Shown: in pieces, positions 62,035 through 64,000 of the stretch
Layout: each line of letters opens with the position of its first letter
How positions within the stretch are numbered: the stretch's first letter is position 1
Source: Alphaproteobacteria bacterium
GTDB lineage: Bacteria; Pseudomonadota; Alphaproteobacteria; Bin95
Direction: 5' to 3'
DNA: 64,000 nt
NCBI GenBank assembly: GCA_963665325.3
Contig: CAXXWS020000002.1
Span: 288,001-352,000, forward strand
Made by a program: the position numbers and the translations under genes
Notes under the pieces: generated by a model
The model's input: the letters and a program-made list of their open reading frames with translations, nothing else
Told to the model about the DNA's origin: nothing
Database searches by the model: none

Positions 62035-64000
62035 GCGCACCTTTCCGCCTGCCGTCCGGCGGCCGGATCGACCGGTCGCGCGAGCTCTACTTCCGCTTCG
62101 ATGGCAGGCGCTATGCGGGGCATCCCGGAGACACGCTGGCCTCGGCCCTGCTCGCAAACGGGGTGAGGCTCTTCGCCCGCAGCTTCAAGTACCATCGGCC
62201 GCGCGGGTTGATGACGGCTGGCGCGGAAGAGCCGAACGCGCTCGTCCTGCTGGAGCCCGGTCCTTTCGCGGAGCCCAATCTTCGTGCCACCGAAATCGAG
62301 CTTTACGACGGGCTGACCGCCGAGAGCGTCAACCGATGGCCGTCGCTTGGTTTCGATATCGGTGCTGTCACCGGGCTGGCATCCGGCCTGTTCGTTGCCG
62401 GCTTCTACTACAAGACCTTCATGTGGCCGCCCTCCTGGTGGAACCGCATCTATGCCCCGGCGATCCGGCGCATGGCGGGTCTGGCGCGCGCGCCGCGCGA
62501 AGCCGATCCGGAGGTCTATGAGCACCGGCACGCGCATTGCGACATCCTGATTGTCGGAGGCGGCCCGGCGGGCATCGCAGCCGCTCATGCCGCCGCGGCC
62601 GCAGGTGCGCGCGTTATGCTGGCGGACGAGCGCCCGCGCTTCGGCGGTTCGCTGCTGGACGGGGCCGCGCGCGTCGGGGACGAAGAAGGCGCGGCGTGGG
62701 CCGAGCGGATGCTGGCCGGCATATCGGCGGTGCTACTGCCTCGCACCACCGCCTTCGGCTACTACGACCACAATTTTGTTGCGCTGGCCGAGCGGCTGAC
62801 GGAAGGCGTTGCACCTTCGGAACGCGTCGGCCGGCCGCGCCAGCGCATCTGGCATGTTCGCGCCCGGCGCGTGGTGCTGGCGCCCGGCGCGCTTGAGCGC
62901 CCGCTCGTCTTTCCCGGCAACGATCGGCCGGGCGTCATGCTGGCGAGCGCCGTCTCGGCCTATATCCACCGCTATGCCGTGCTGCCCGGCCGGCGCGCCG
63001 TCTTTCTCGCCAATGACGACTCGGTCTATGCCGCCGCGCGCGAATTCGCCCGGCACGGCGGCGAGGTCACGGCGCTCGTGGACCTGCGCCGGGACGGTGC
63101 GGCAGACGGAGACGGGCTGCCGGTGCTGCGCGGCGCCCTGCCGGTGCGAAGCCTGGGCCGCCGCCATGTAAAGGGACTCGAGATCCAGTCCGCTCCGGAC
63201 GGCGGAACCCGGCGTATTGCCTGCGACCTTATTGCGATGGGCGGCGGCTGGAACCCGGCTGTGCACCTCTTCAGCCAATCGCGGGGCTTGCTCAGCTGGG
63301 ACGACGACTTCCAGACGTTCGTTCCCGGCCAGTCGGCCCAGGCGGAGCGTTCCGTCGGCGCGGCGGCGGGCCGGTACGATCTCGAAGGCTGCATTGCGGA
63401 GGGGACGGAGGCCGGATCCGCCTTCGCCCGCGAACTCGGCTTCGACGCGCCTGCGCCGCCTTCCGCTCAGGCGCCTCCGCCGCGCACGGCGCCCGCACGG
63501 ACGGTCCCGCCCGCTGGCCGCGGCAAGGCGTTCGTCGATTTCCAGAACGACGTGACCGCCTCCGATGTCGCTCTTGCCAGGCGCGAGGGGATGCATTCGG
63601 TCGAGCACCTCAAGCGCTGGACGACGCTCGGCATGGCGACCGACCAGGGCAAGACGTCCAACATCAACGGGCTTGTGCTGATGGCGGGCGGGCTGGGCCT
63701 GCCGCCGGCCGCGGTCGGCCATACCACCTTCCGGCCTCCCTATACGCCAGTGCCTTTCGGCGCGCTGGCGGGGCGCAATATCGCCGCGCTCGCCGATCCG
63801 GTGCGCCGCACGCCGATGCAGGACTGGCAGGAAGCGAACAGCGCCGTGTTTGAGCCGGTCGGCCAGTGGCTCCGGGCACGCTACTACCCCGTGGGCAACG
63901 AGACCATGCGTGAGGCGGTGGCCCGCGAATGCCGGGCGGTGCGCGAGGCGGCCGGTATCCTGGATGCGTCCACGCTCGGCAAGATCGACATTCGCGGTCC
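62031..64000 (+). CDS. soxA: sarcosine oxidase subunit alpha (3' truncated by window edge)
   Basis: GTG overlapping soxD stop; GDTLASALLANG, RSFKYHRPRG, GFYYKTF, FVDFQNDVT, GMATDQGKT. Confidence 0.94.
   Translation, partial: MSAPFRLPSGGRIDRSRELYFRFDGRRYAGHPGDTLASALLANGVRLFARSFKYHRPRGLMTAGAEEPNALVLLEPGPFAEPNLRATEIELYDGLTAESVNRWPSLGFDIGAVTGLASGLFVAGFYYKTFMWPPSWWNRIYAPAIRRMAGLARAPREADPEVYEHRHAHCDILIVGGGPAGIAAAHAAAAAGARVMLADERPRFGGSLLDGAARVGDEEGAAWAERMLAGISAVLLPRTTAFGYYDHNFVALAERLTEGVAPSERVGRPRQRIWHVRARRVVLAPGALERPLVFPGNDRPGVMLASAVSAYIHRYAVLPGRRAVFLANDDSVYAAAREFARHGGEVTALVDLRRDGAADGDGLPVLRGALPVRSLGRRHVKGLEIQSAPDGGTRRIACDLIAMGGGWNPAVHLFSQSRGLLSWDDDFQTFVPGQSAQAERSVGAAAGRYDLEGCIAEGTEAGSAFARELGFDAPAPPSAQAPPPRTAPARTVPPAGRGKAFVDFQNDVTASDVALARREGMHSVEHLKRWTTLGMATDQGKTSNINGLVLMAGGLGLPPAAVGHTTFRPPYTPVPFGALAGRNIAALADPVRRTPMQDWQEANSAVFEPVGQWLRARYYPVGNETMREAVARECRAVREAAGILDASTLGKIDIRG

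Overview
High-GC alphaproteobacterial (Rhodospirillales-like by gene content) chromosomal segment. It contains a complete dcw cell-division/peptidoglycan cluster (mraZ to ftsZ, minus strand), an IS630 element inserted just downstream of rnpB, a TRAP transporter, the glyA-nrdR-ribD-ribE-ribBA-ribH-nusB-thiL operon, tRNA-Val(CAC), cysS, four CaiB/BaiF CoA-transferases and the start of the sarcosine oxidase operon. The main finding is missed by the ORF track: a probable selenoprotein at 27958-28710. It is a glutaredoxin-like domain with an in-frame TGA at the first position of a CxxC motif (U-T-S-C) and a SECIS-like hairpin, fused to a DinB-like domain. Its stop codon overlaps a CTG that appears to start a chromate-efflux (chrA) gene with no canonical start codon, which suggests selenium-dependent translational coupling. 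Other notable items are a 50-aa ArfA-like ORF with an intragenic terminator-like hairpin behind tRNA-Val, three GNRA hairpins at a 30-nt period upstream of a dipeptidase gene, AAAGTGG-type MraZ boxes and a kynA remnant. All calls come from reading the sequence and recalled family motifs; no searches were run.
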